From Octopus vulgaris (Eukaryota): DNA of 64,000 bases. The DNA lies in NCBI GenBank assembly GCA_951406725.2, contig OX597838.1, positions 27,838,001 to 27,902,000 on the forward strand. Direction: 5' to 3'. Shown here in pieces: positions 13,093-25,626 of this stretch. The translations under genes were made by a program, and so were the position numbers. Positions within the stretch are counted from its first letter, which is position 1. Every line of letters starts with the position of its first letter. Under the pieces are notes generated by a model, which searched no databases, was not told where the DNA came from, and saw only the letters and a list, made by a program, of their open reading frames with translations.

Positions 13093-14426
13093 GACAATAC
13101 TGCAAAAAATAAATAACAATTCCATTAATTACATTAATTAAATATATTGATAATTATGTCAAAAGAACTTCGTAACTTTCTAAGACATGTAATATATCGT
13201 TTTAAATGTCTGAACTCAAAAGAGAAAAGCTACAAGTAATGCCTGTGGACAGTCTTTGATTTTTTCACTCCAAAGGGTTTCTTTAACGTGAAAGTTATAT
13301 ATTATTATTATTTATAGCTTTATCTACTTCGAGATTAACTGTTAAAAATGAGTTATTACAAATAGTAACATCAACACAAAATAGTGATGAAGAATAAACA
13401 AACTTTAGATTAAAATGTATTTGTGACATATTTTAACTTCTAAAGGTAAATTCACTGCAGTTACTGAAAAGAAAAATTCTCTCTTATGGTAAAAGATGTA
13501 AAAGCACCAATGTCTGCTCCAGTGCTTCCTTCTAGTGGATTCTTTAGCCTTCTTCAATGAGAAGCACGGAATAGAGAAAATTTTTAATAATTAGGTTGTC
13601 AGAATGTAGAAACTTTGAGAAACAAGAAAAAAACCATTTTCCACACACACACACATACACAGAGTAGATAGGTAATTTTTTTAAAAACCGAAAACAATAC
13701 AAGTTATAAAAGATTACTAGGTGACTTCTCTGTTCTCATACAAAACTCAGCTTCCCCCGCCGATGCTCAAACGATTCTGTCAATCCACGGTGCTGTCCAA
13801 ATCGTGATTAAGACAACAAGCAAATACATTATCTGTGGCAGTTGCTCCTCCTGTGCCCTCGAGGACGTTGGGCACCAACGTGACGTCGCTGGCTTTTTCG
13901 TTGGTTGCGGCCTTCTTTGCATTTCGGCCATGTTGTATTGGCCTCTCTCATGTCGGTTACCATTGTCAAGGCGCCACGAAGTTTGCAGTCTTCTTCTCTT
14001 CCTTTTTTTTCCTTCCACCAGTGTCCATTTAAAACCTGAATTAGAATAGCATTGTTCTTGGTAGCCGTAGTAAGCGACCTGCTAGTTTTAATCTTCGTTG
14101 TTATGATATCGCCAAGGGGTCGGTCCCTTGTGATGGCTCCCTTTACACCGTCTTCGTTGGTTATATGTAAATACAACAGCAAAATAACAACGGGAGCACA
14201 TAATGTAAATAAACAATCTGGATTTAACGTTCAGTGATTAAAATCTAAAAAAAACAAAACATACACTCCACAAACCTCGTCTTTCTATATTTCTCTTTTT
14301 CTTTCTTTCTTTCTTTTCTATTCCCGAAATTTACGACAATGGAATGTGACAATTTCCTCTAACTGCGGTGAAACTTTCAAATTACTTGAAAAGTCTTGTG
14401 AGAGTGACGTCCACCTGAGTTGTCTA

Positions 14427-14440
14427 ATCACTATGGCAAC
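14427..14440. promoter_or_regulatory. RFX X-box-like motif ATCACTATGGCAAC
   Basis: Fits RYYNYYWWRRNRAC; next to TGACGTC (14405) and TAAACA forkhead-like sites (~14210, ~14550-14575). Confidence 0.45.
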
Positions 14441-15224
14441 AATAAAACAAATAGCGATGCTAAGCAAGACATATGAGAGTGGCCTCCCTTCGTTTCCTTT
14501 TCTTTTTTTTTTTAGCTATTTTTTTTCAATGCCTTGGTAACGGAGAGATAAACAAACAAAGCAATAAACAAATAAATTTTAGTGTATATCAACATACACA
14601 CGTGCAGGTTGGGCATAACTGCAGATTGTTCGATGTTCTATTTTCTGTATGGTGTGTAAGAGATATTGGTAGGTATTTTAATGGATTTTTATTTTGAATT
14701 TTATTATGGTTATTATTATTATTATTATTATTACTATTATTATTATTTATTTTGTGTTTAGTCAGGACGAGCGTGCAGCGGTAATACCGAGCTGGCAGAA
14801 ACGTTAGCACGCCGGGCGAAATGCTTAGCGGTATTTCGTCTGCGTTACGTTGTGAGTTCAAATTCCGCCGAGGTCGACTTTGCCTTTCATCCTTTCGGGG
14901 TCGATAAATTAAGTACCAGTTACGCACTGGGGTCGATGTAATCGACTTAATACCTATGTCTGTCCTTGTTCGTCCGCTCTGTGTTTAGCCCCTTGTGGGT
15001 AGTAAAGAAATAGGTAATACCGACTCAGTTATTACAACAGATTTTAAATGTACTTCTAACGAATGCATGAAGTGAACATATTGCAGTTTTACAGAAGACA
15101 CATTTTACGCGCACACACACACTCATACATCCGTGTGTGTGTGTGTGTGTGTGTGTGTTTGCATGTGTGTGCGTATATTGCAGCTTTACAGAACACAAAT
15201 TCTACGCACGCGCACACACATATC

Positions 15225-15283
<59 letters not shown>

Positions 15284-15565
15284 ATGCGTATGTGTGTGTG
15301 TATATCCGTGTGTGTGTGTGTGTACGTGTGTGTGTGTGCGTGTTTGCGTGTGTGTGCGTATATATCCGTGTGTGTGTGTGTGTGTGTGCGTATAGCACAG
15401 TATCGACTAGAACATCAGATGCTATTATACACCGCTAGTCACAATTCACTTCCAATTCTGTCTTGATTGTGCCATTTCCCCACCCCCACCCCATCTTGAT
15501 CCAAACTGCTTAACTAAATCCGACACCTTCATAGCTCGGTCGGATCTGCCAGGGCGTAACGACCC

Positions 15566-15579
15566 GCTACCATAGCAAC
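15566..15579. promoter_or_regulatory. RFX X-box-like motif GCTACCATAGCAAC
   Basis: Fits RYYNYYWWRRNRAC; lies in a short CpG-containing unique island. Confidence 0.45.
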
Positions 15580-15924
15580 CAAACAACCATTCCCGTTGTT
15601 ACACCGCTACGAAGTGTTTTAGTTGGATTTCGCAATATACAGACACACATATATATATTATATATATATTATATATGTATGTATACACTCACATATGTAT
15701 ATATATATGCGTGTGTGTGTGTGTATGTATGTATATATACATACATACATACATACATACAAATATATCTAATGAAGGATAAAATTTTTTTCGAAAAAAA
15801 TATATTCTCTTTCAAAAAATATTCTATCAATGGCCAGCATATCAAAAAATACCTTTAAAGGTTAAATCTATAAACAATTCATAATTGAGGGCAAAGGAAA
15901 AAATTTCTAATGCCAGATATGCCG

Positions 15925-15965
<41 letters not shown>

Positions 15966-16350
15966 TATATATATATATATACATATGTGTGTGTGTATTA
16001 TTCCGACACATTATATACATATGTACACAATATTGGATGGCCTTTGACTCTATGGGTTACACCGCTCGTTGTTGGTTTTTGTTTTTAATCTTACCGGGTG
16101 GCCAAAAAAAAACCCTCCTCACCAAACAAGCTTAATGGCTTGCCGGTATAATCACCGACGACCTGACCATGCGGTAGGTTGTACATGTTACCAGCAGCAC
16201 TTTGGAGCGACCTGCCATATAAGGGTGTCATGAAAGAAAAGTTTAAATTTTGGGGGTTAATTTGGATGTCTGGTTGAATGCCGTATATCGTGGCGAGAGA
16301 CTTAACAAGTAGAGTTGTGGTGACACTGAGCAAAAGTGAATAGAGCATTC

Positions 16351-16781
16351 GGATCTTTTTGGTTTGAACGGCAGTTTTTTCTAGCGGTGTCATATGAAAT
16401 TGTCACCCATAATTATGACCCTAGTATCGATCTATTGCATTTCAATCTGTTTTAGGTTTACGGTTAATTAGGGTTAGGGTTAGGGGTGGGAGGAAGGGTG
16501 TCTTTTTTTCTTCACAAATGTAAATAAACCCAATCTGTTTCTTAAACGAGGGACATATTCATACGGCACAGAATGTTTTCACCTCAATAGACGTCATTGA
16601 TTGGTTGAAATTGCAGAAATTGAAGGAAAAAAACAACAAATATCTTACAAACTATAAAATTTTCTCAATAAAGCCAAGAGAAAAGATGTTTTATAAACAC
16701 ATTCTACCAGTATACGAAGTTTAAAAGTGTTTCGTTACGTGGAAATTATTTTAAAAACTGCCGTTCAAACCGAAAAGATCC
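16351..16781. mobile_element. MITE with GG-starting TIRs and 8-bp TSD (Merlin- or hAT-like), internal TTAGGG repeats
   Basis: TIR GGATCTTTT(C/T)GGTTTGAACGGCAGTTTTT; TSD GAGCATTC on both sides. Confidence 0.85.
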
Positions 16782-17627
16782 GAGCATTCTCTCTTAAAGA
16801 GTAAGCGGAACCTAAGTGCACTGCCGACAGAAACTAGCAGCAATTGATTTCTTCTCGCAAGAGCTGGGTTTGTCAGCCATTTAACGTTACGAGAGCCACG
16901 GAGAGGACAAGCTTCTTGCGGAAGAGTACATTTGTACTTGGAAAAGAAATGTTACATTTCTGTTTTAGGTACAAATGTACCGCGGTGCAGTACATAGAGT
17001 ACTGAGAGCCAATAGGGCAACGCCGTTGGTAGGAGGGAGTGGGAAGGTGAAATATTGAATCTGAATAAATTAGGGGAAATTAAGTTCAGTTAAAATTATT
17101 TATTATACACATGTGAATGAGAACACTTTGAGATATTTTTGGCATCTAACATATGTCAGATACTGCGAGCGCTGCTTCAGATTGGTCAATCCATGGTGAT
17201 GACCCGAGGTCACGGTGACAGCACTATTTTTGTCATTCATAAGTTACAACTAAACTTCATTCATTACTTTCACGAGCAGGTAGAATGTAGCCATGTATTT
17301 AAACAAACATACTATCTTTTTTTATACCAGATATCACTTAAAGTCATATACACATAAAATATAAATATTTCTGGTGGTAATTCAATTTTTTGTTGCCAAA
17401 AAAATCACAACAGCATGGACTGTTGTGCTCTACTCTGACTGACATTGCTACTCGAAAACAGGTTTGAGTATTATTAAAGTTATTGACGATTCAATCTGTG
17501 TTATGTATTTCTTGAACGCGAACTTGAATGTTAACAAAATGTTAAACAGTCATCAGTTACCTGAAAACTTAGCGCTATAAAGTCGGACTATCTTCCTGCG
17601 GCATGACATCTTTTACAGTTACACATT

Positions 17628-17644
17628 GTGACGTCACTGACGTG
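17628..17644. promoter_or_regulatory. CRE palindrome GTGACGTCAC followed by a TGACGT half site
   Basis: Perfect TGACGTCA at 17629-17636 between genes A and B. Confidence 0.35.
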
Positions 17645-17739
17645 AAATCAAGCTGTATTCATGCGCGCTTCAACACGATGTGAAGAATTTAGTTATTGGG
17701 TTAATAAAATATGGTCGTTTATTCGTGTGTAATAAATAA

Positions 17740-17883
17740 AATACCAAACTCATTCCCTATGGATACCGTATTTATTACAACGAGTGGCTTGTAAACGTAT
17801 CTAACGAGCGAAAGCTAGTTAGATACGTTTACAAGCCACTCGTTGTAATAAATACGGTATCCATAGGGAACTCGTTTGGTATT
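17740..17883. repeat. Near-perfect 144-bp palindrome/hairpin
   Basis: 53-bp perfect arms (17753-17805 / 17818-17870), outer 10-bp arms, central AGC-GAAA-GCT. Confidence 0.9.
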
Positions 17884-18676
17884 CTCTATTTATGATGATA
17901 AAAAAATTGAATAAAGTTTTTTTCTTTTAAGTGTGAAAGGGTGAGATTTTAATAAACTACACAAACTTCAAATAACCCTCGAAAAAAAATGTTTTTGGAA
18001 CAATGCATAAAATATCAAAAATTCTCAGAGAATTTTTAAGGAAACTCGAAAATTTTTGAAGGCTTCACGGCGAGGAAGTTATAAAGTTTAAACGTTTTAA
18101 AGTTTAACGGTTTAAAGACAGACCGGACGGACGGACATGCAGACAGAGGTGGGAGAGAACTACGTATGATCTGCTTTTGTTGCTAATTGTTCGGTTAAGT
18201 TCACATCTGTTAGCACTTTGATATCACAGGTCCTTTATCAGACCTTTATTTTGCCTTAAATGATGGTTATTGCCGGCGTTAGTCAAAGGCTCCGAAAGCT
18301 GTGTATGAATTTCTAGTCATCGAGTTCGTTCCGGCGGTTAAGGCTGGATCTTCTCTTTTTAATAAAGTGTACCTCCTTTATTCTGAGGCTGACTGCATCC
18401 GTTCCCCTTGCCAGTATACGGATGGATAAATCTCCACCACAATGTTGGTGGTGCTGGAAAATGGTGCTGAGCTGGTGTGGCCTTGTGGATCCGTTCCTTC
18501 ATTCTGATGGGAAGCTGTCTTTTTGTCGATCCTCTAGTCTTATTTTTTTTTCACCTTGTCTTGTTCATAAATACTTTTAGATTAACTTGTTTCACCATCC
18601 TCTTTACCTTTCCAACTTCTTGTCTTTCTATACTAGAGCATGCATAACCATGTTGCCTGAGATAGACCAGCACATT

Positions 18677-19030
<354 letters not shown>

Positions 19031-19039
19031 CGTATCTGG

Positions 19040-20470
19040 CGGAGAGGGATATGACCTCGTCACCCCTGTAGTTAATCAGGTCGTCCACGAAGGAGTCATA
19101 CTAAACGATTGGTGTAGCATCATTATAGTCAACTATTACAAAGGCAAAGGTGAGATGAGATGCAATTTGGATTCGTTCCACGTAGAAGTACCACCGATGT
19201 TATCTTTCTGGTGAGGCAACTGCAAGAGAAGTACTTGGCTAAAATTAGACCTCTGTATTTGACTTGTGTTGACATGGAGAAAGCTTTTGACAAGGTCCCC
19301 CCGCTCCCTTATCTGGTGTGTATTGCAGAAGTTAGAGATAGACGAGTGGTTGATGACAGATGTAAATGTCATGTACAAGGATGTTGTCAGCAAGATGAAA
19401 GTCGTCAATGAATATAGCAAGGTACTTAGTGTACAAGTAAGAATTCACCAGGGATCGGTTCTCAGCCCTCCCTTGTTTATCATAGCCCTCCAAGCTATAA
19501 CAGAGAAATATAAAACTGGCTTTCCTTGGAGCTCCTCTACGCTGATGACCTTGTTCTTATTGCTGAATCACTACCAACACTCGATTGAAGCAATGTCTGA
19601 AATCAAATAGTCTTAGAGTTAACTTAGCAAAGACCAAAGTCCTAATAAATAGGAAAACAGACAAACCGCAGATCCCTTCAGGGAGATGGCCCTGCACTAT
19701 ATATAGAAAATATGTCGGGAGAAACTCCATATGGTGTAAGCAGTGCATGCTACGAACACCTAAGAGGTACAGCGGTATCATTGGAAGACTAACAGAAAAA
19801 GGAGTCTTTACTTGTGACAGATGTGCAGGTATGTACACCAGGAATGAACAAAAATAGACTCCCTCAAATGTCAGTGAAGATCCTTAGAAGTGGTAAACAG
19901 TTTCCGTTACTTCGGTAACCAAATTAGCAATGGTGGAGGTTGTTCCGAAAGCGTAGCTGCTAGAATAAGTACGGGCTGGACAAAGTTCAGAGAGCTGCTA
20001 TTTCTGTTAGTAACGAAGGGCCTCTCCTTCAGAGTGAAAGGCAGATTGTATTATGTTTGTGTACGAACAGCTACGCTACATGGCAGTGAGACATGGGCTG
20101 TGACTACTGAGGGTGTGTAAAGGCTTGAAAGAAATGAAGCCAGTATGCTCCGCTCGATGGGCTATGTCAGTGTGCATATATGACAAATTGTAAGCGATTT
20201 GAGAGAAAAACTGGGTATTCGAAGCATCAGATGTTGTGTGCAAGAGAGAAGACTGTGCTGGTATGGTCATGTAATGCATATGGATGAAGACAGTTGCATC
20301 AAGAAACGTTGATTTCTAATTGTGGCGGGAACATGTTGAAGGGGTTAGACCCAGGGCTACTTGGGATGAATTGGTGAGAAAGGATCTTGAAACGTTGGGC
20401 CTGCACAGAAGAGATGACAAGGGACTCAGACAGCGGATAGTTTCCTGTGCTGAGAAGACACGACAAACTG
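19040..20470 (+). mobile_element. Degenerate RTE-clade LINE reverse transcriptase region with a Cys-rich PHD-like insert
   Basis: [48 protein letters not shown]; frameshifts and stops. Confidence 0.9.
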
Positions 20471-20599
20471 AGTAAAAAAACTGATTTTTAAAACGCGGGA
20501 ATTTTAAGTGCAAGTCTGTCAACACAACACAACGCATCTTCAGAAGAAAGTACATACATATATGTGTGTGTGTGCATACACATGCATGCATGCATGCAT

Positions 20600-20631
<32 letters not shown>

Positions 20632-20878
20632 ACATACATACATACATACATACATACATACATACATACATGCATACATACATACATACATACATACATA
20701 CATACATACATACATAAGTACGTTCGTACGTACGTACATTCTGCCCAGAATTAAGACATTTATATATAAATACAAATTTATAAAAACTTATTCAACTCTA
20801 CAAACTCTCTAGTATTCGTTAAACTTTCTAAAAATATTTTACGTTTCCCTTTCCTCTATTCTCTTCAAGATTGCTAAC

Positions 20879-20931
20879 ATGTCTGCTGAGCGTCAATTTT
20901 TATCCGTTTCTGCTAAGCTACCAAAAGAGTG
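20879..20931 (+). CDS. Uncharacterised gene B, coding exon 1 (MSAERQFLSVSAKLPKEW)
   Basis: Polypyrimidine tract + aag acceptor at 20869, aacATG, consensus donor TG|gtaagt phase 2. Confidence 0.72.
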
Positions 20932-21324
20932 GTAAGTACACCTACTCCGCCATGTGTGTGTGTGTGTTTGTGTGCGTATATCTGTATATCTTTATACATA
21001 CATATATACATAAACACATACATACATATATACGTGTATGCATACATACATACATGCATACATACATACGTGCATGCATGCATGCATACAGACACAGATT
21101 CAGTGTGACACAGAAATACAAGTACAACAGAAACAGGTAGAAAGAGTGAGAGAAAGTTGTGGTGAAAGAGTACAACAGGGTTCGTCACCCCCCCCCCCCT
21201 GCTGGGGCATCATGGATATTTAGGTGTTTTCACTCAATAAACACTCACAACGCCCGCTCTGGGAATCGAAACCGCGATCCTACGACCTCGAGTCCGCTGC
21301 TCTAACCACTGGGCCATTGCGCCA

Positions 21325-21859
21325 CATACATACACACATACATGCGCGCATATATAATGCACACATAGATATGCATGCATGCATACATACATACATACAT
21401 ACATACATACATACATACATACATACATACATACATACATGCATGCATGCATACATACAAACATTCACACATACATACATACATGCATACATACATACAT
21501 CCATACATACATACATAATACATACATACATACATACATACATCCATACATACATACATACACTTACATACATACATACATACATCCATAATACATACAT
21601 ACATACATACATGCATACATACATACATACATCCATACAAACATAAATACATACATACATAAATACATACATACATACATACATACATACATACATACAT
21701 ACATAAATACATACATACATACATACATCCATACATACATACATAATACATACATACATACATACATACATCCATACAAACATAAATACATACATACATA
21801 AATACATACATACATACATACATCCATACATACATACATACATACATACATACATACAC

Positions 21860-21890
<31 letters not shown>

Positions 21891-22100
21891 CATACATACA
21901 TACATACATACATACATACATACATACACTTACATACATACATACATACATCCATACAAACATAAATACATACATACATACATGCCTGCATGCATGCATA
22001 CATACATACATACATACATTCATACATAAATACATACATACATACATACATACATACATACATAATACATACATACATAATACATACATAATACATACAT

Positions 22101-22158
<58 letters not shown>
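21325..22158. repeat. Long (CATA)n/(CA)n compound microsatellite in gene B intron 1
   Basis: Direct inspection; source of many spurious MYVC/HTYI ORFs. Confidence 0.95.
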
Positions 22159-22161
<3 letters not shown>

Positions 22162-22281
22162 ATTTTCAATCAGTGATCGAAAATGTAGTATCTATGGAGG
22201 GAAGAGGCGTAAAAGAAAATATAATCGTACAAAATCAATTAATCTGAAATCGATGAATTCTAATGTGTTTTGTCGTTACAG

Positions 22282-22339
22282 GCAGCCGCGTTTGTACGAA
22301 TGGAATCCTTATCACTGTAGTTATCCAGATGTCGCACAG
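22282..22339 (+). CDS. Uncharacterised gene B, coding exon 2 (QPRLYEWNPYHCSYPDVAQ)
   Basis: 58 nt, ttacag acceptor, CAG|gtattg donor, phase 2-0. Confidence 0.72.
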
Positions 22340-23739
22340 GTATTGCCGGATATTTTGTCAACTCACACGTTTTAATCCGTCTCTTTTACTCTTTTACTTG
22401 TTTCAGTCATTTGACTGCAGCCATGCTGGAGCACCGCCTTTAGTCGAGCAAATCAACCCCAGGACTTATTCTTTGTAAGCCCAGTACTTATTCTATCGGT
22501 GTCTTTTGCCGAACCGCTAACTGACGGCGACGTAAACACACCAGCATCAGTTGTCAAGCAATGCTAGGGAGACAAACACAGACACACAAACATATACATA
22601 TATATATACATATATACGACGGGCTTCTTTCAGTTTCCGTCTACCAAATCCACTCACAAGGCTATGGTCGGCCCGAGGCTATAGTAGAAGACACTTGCCC
22701 AACATGCCACGCAGTGGGACTGAACCCAGAACCATGTAGTTCGTAAGCAAGCTACTTACCACACAGTATATGTACAGTGTCCATTGTTGCATTGGTGTGA
22801 TAGAATTATCGTCGTTGTCGTAGTTGCAGGCTCTAGATTATGTGGTGTTTGCTTGCACCATTTGATTCGTGGGGTTTACCGTATCGACTGAGTTTCTGCT
22901 GTGTCACTGTTTGCAGATCCTGTGGGGTTGGAAGTAAGAGCAGAATTAGTCTGCAAGAAAGAGCTGTACCCATGGCTTGGTTTGTGTAGTCCCTCGGAAG
23001 CTTCGGCGTGATCTCCAAGGAGTGGTTGGAGATCACGCGGTCGTTAGCTTCAAATCTGGTCGGCGTTTGTGAGAAATGCAGCATTGAGGATGAATGAAGC
23101 CAGCTCAACCCACCCCAGGTAAATACTGTCTCAAGTCAAGTCAAGTCCCTAGGAGACTCGGAATGACTGTACAATTGATGTTAGTATTTAACAGATGCAA
23201 GTCGATGTAACTGCAGAAGATACATGGACAGGGTGGGAGTTCCAGAAGGTTGACGTTGTGGGTACGAAGGATTGTGCAAAGTGGTTATTGCAGGACTAGA
23301 ATGTGGGTATAGACAACATTGATGAAAACAAAAAGGAACTGGATGTGAATCTGGTATGACTAGATGGTGATGGCTGGAGACAGACCAACCGCATGAAACA
23401 GGGGCCACTGTAAAAGCCGAAAAAAACCTGCAAAGAGAAGAGACATAATATTTGTCGGTCAGTGACTGAAACATGTTAGTAGGCGACTCCATGTTAATCA
23501 GTGGGTGGGGAAGACATACCTGCTGTATTTACCTGCATATAAGTCACACACGTGTATAAATTGCACCCCTAATTTAGTGCTGAATTTTAGTGCAAATTTT
23601 TTCGCTTTGCCCCTGTGTGAGTCGCAGCCTTGTTTTTGCAGTTAAAAATCAAGTATAGAATAGTGTGACTTATATGGAGGTCGTCGCCATGCATCGTACG
23701 TCTGCCGCGCGTTGATGAAACTACGATGAAAGTCTTCTC

Positions 23740-24740
23740 GATCAAGCGGGATTTCTCTGGCTGCCTTACCACTCCACTCTTATCCAACCATTATTAATAT
23801 CATCCATCCATTGTGGGTTTTTTTTACCTGCCTCTTGATCTACTACCTCACCCGACTCTTCCTTCCATGATAATGTTTTCCAGACCGCTGCTTCTTCAAA
23901 TATCGCCATAATAGCTAAGCTTCCTTTTTTTGTTTTTTTCGCAATGTTCAGGAGTTGTCGTCTTTCACAGGCCTGGAAGTATTCAGGATCTCGAGGCAGT
24001 AATGTTGGACTGAGAAGTGTGACGAATGGAATTTATTGCCGCGGTCCGGCTTGGAACCCGGCCATAAATTTTCTTAATATACTACTTGTTGTAACACCCA
24101 TTCATTTGTCCGATGTTCCTTGTAGGAGACTCGTAACATTCTCCCATAAAACCCACATTTCAAACACATTATGTTCTCTTCGAATTTGTTCACAGTCCAT
24201 GCTTCGCAACCATAAAATACGCGAGTAACTACAGTAATATATAATCTGTCCGTAATTCCATTGGTGAAATTTGGAGGTATCGGGACTGGTGGTTAATGAC
24301 ATGAGACCAGCCAGTTCCGAAGAGGAGAGGCTATTGTCGTGGAAGCAGCGATGGCAGGAGAGAGCAAACCTACCAGATTCACATCCAGTTCTTTTTTGTT
24401 TTCATCAATGTTGTCTATACCCACATTCTAGTCCTGCAATAACCACTTTGCACAATCCTTCGTTCCCACAACATTTGTCCGATGTTCCTTGTAGGAAACT
24501 CGTAACATTCTCCCATAAAACCCACATTTCAAACACATTATGTTCTCTTCGAATTTGTTCACAGTCCGTGCTTCGCAACCATAAAATACGCGAGTAACTA
24601 CAGTAGTATATAATCTGTCCGTAATTCCATTGGTGAAATTTGTAGGTATCGGGACTGGTAGTTAGTGACATGAGACCAGCCAGTTCCGAAGAGGAGAGGC
24701 TATTGTCGTGGAAGCAGCGATGGCAGAAGGAGAGAGCAAA
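23740..24740 (-). mobile_element. Rearranged RTE (BovB-like) LINE fragments with internal duplication
   Basis: FYGCEA..., FEMW..., KLSYYG..., IMEGRV...RSRGR motifs; 24100-24368 duplicated at 24472-24740. Confidence 0.7.
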
Positions 24741-25089
24741 CCGGTGGGTCAAGTATCAGAGTATATGTTTGTGAATGACTTCACACCAATAAGTCCGATT
24801 ACCTTTAAGTGGACGTGATCTAGAATATCTGAGTACTCAGTAGCACTGCCCAAGATATGGCAGTAATATTCCACTCCATTGTTTTGTTTTGGTTATGGAC
24901 TTTACCTTTCATTTGTTGGGTGTGGAGGAAGGGGTGGTGCCTTTGGTCTTTGTAAATTAGGATTAATTCTTATTTCCGAACTGCCATCACACACTCTGCT
25001 CTTCTGCTCCGTATTCCACTTTATTATAACGACGGACTTCTTCGTTTCCCATTCCATCTCTCTCCTCCTTCTCACTCTTCTCCGCCACT

Positions 25090-25335
25090 TTCTCTCCTCC
25101 TCCTCTTTCGTTTCATCCCTTCCCTTCTCTTTGTTCTCTTCCTATCTTTGCTCTTCTCCTTTTTCGTTTCATCCTTTCCCTTCTCTTTGTTCTCTTCCTA
25201 TCTTTGCTCTCCTCCTCGTCTTTCGTTTCATCCCTTCCTTTCTCTTTGTTCTCTTCCTATCTTTGCTCTCCTCCTCCTCTTTCGTTTCATCCCTTCCCTT
25301 CTCTTTGTTCTCTTCCTATCTTTACTCTCCTCTTT
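25090..25335. repeat. ~59-bp pyrimidine-rich minisatellite, ~4 units
   Basis: Repeats of CTCTCCTCCTCCTCTTTCGTTTCATCCCTTCCCTTCTCTTTGTTCTCTTCCTATCTTTG. Confidence 0.85.
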
Positions 25336-25520
25336 CTTTTCCTCTCTTTCTCCTCTCGTCCTCTCTTATCTCCCCCTCTCTCTCTATTTATAATTCCCAC
25401 AATATTCCTCTATCCAAAAGGAACATCGACCACACTGACCTCCAAACCAATCTAAATTTTTGTTTAAAATTAATTCTAAGAAATCCTTATTTATTGAAGA
25501 TATTGACACTTTTATTTCAG

Positions 25521-25626
25521 AGGGGTTGGCGAAAATGGTCAGCTGACTTCCCCGACTGGTTAAGCCCTCGAGATACATCGCATCACGTCCATTGGTTCAA
25601 CAGGAAAACCAACAATATTCGACGAG
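25521..25626 (+). CDS. Uncharacterised gene B, coding exon 3 (RGWRKWSADFPDWLSPRDTSHHVHWFNRKTNNIRR)
   Basis: 106 nt, ttttatttcag acceptor, GAG|gtttgg donor, phase 0-1. Confidence 0.72.

Noticed and set aside
13750-13830. In-frame TGA after ...WIDRIV as possible selenocysteine
   Set aside because: No redox motif context or identifiable SECIS; the ORF itself is unsupported.
18220-18560. Possible Penelope RT N-terminal fragment (SDKG) on the minus strand
   Set aside because: Only a 3-4 residue motif amid stops; insufficient to call.
21280-22158. 292-aa MYVC-repeat ORF and similar YIYI/CVCV/HTHT ORFs across the window
   Set aside because: Stop-free microsatellite frames.
24879-25520. Upstream part of the 256-aa hydrophobic ORF
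   Set aside because: Derives from the CT-rich minisatellite; only 25521-25626 behaves as an exon.
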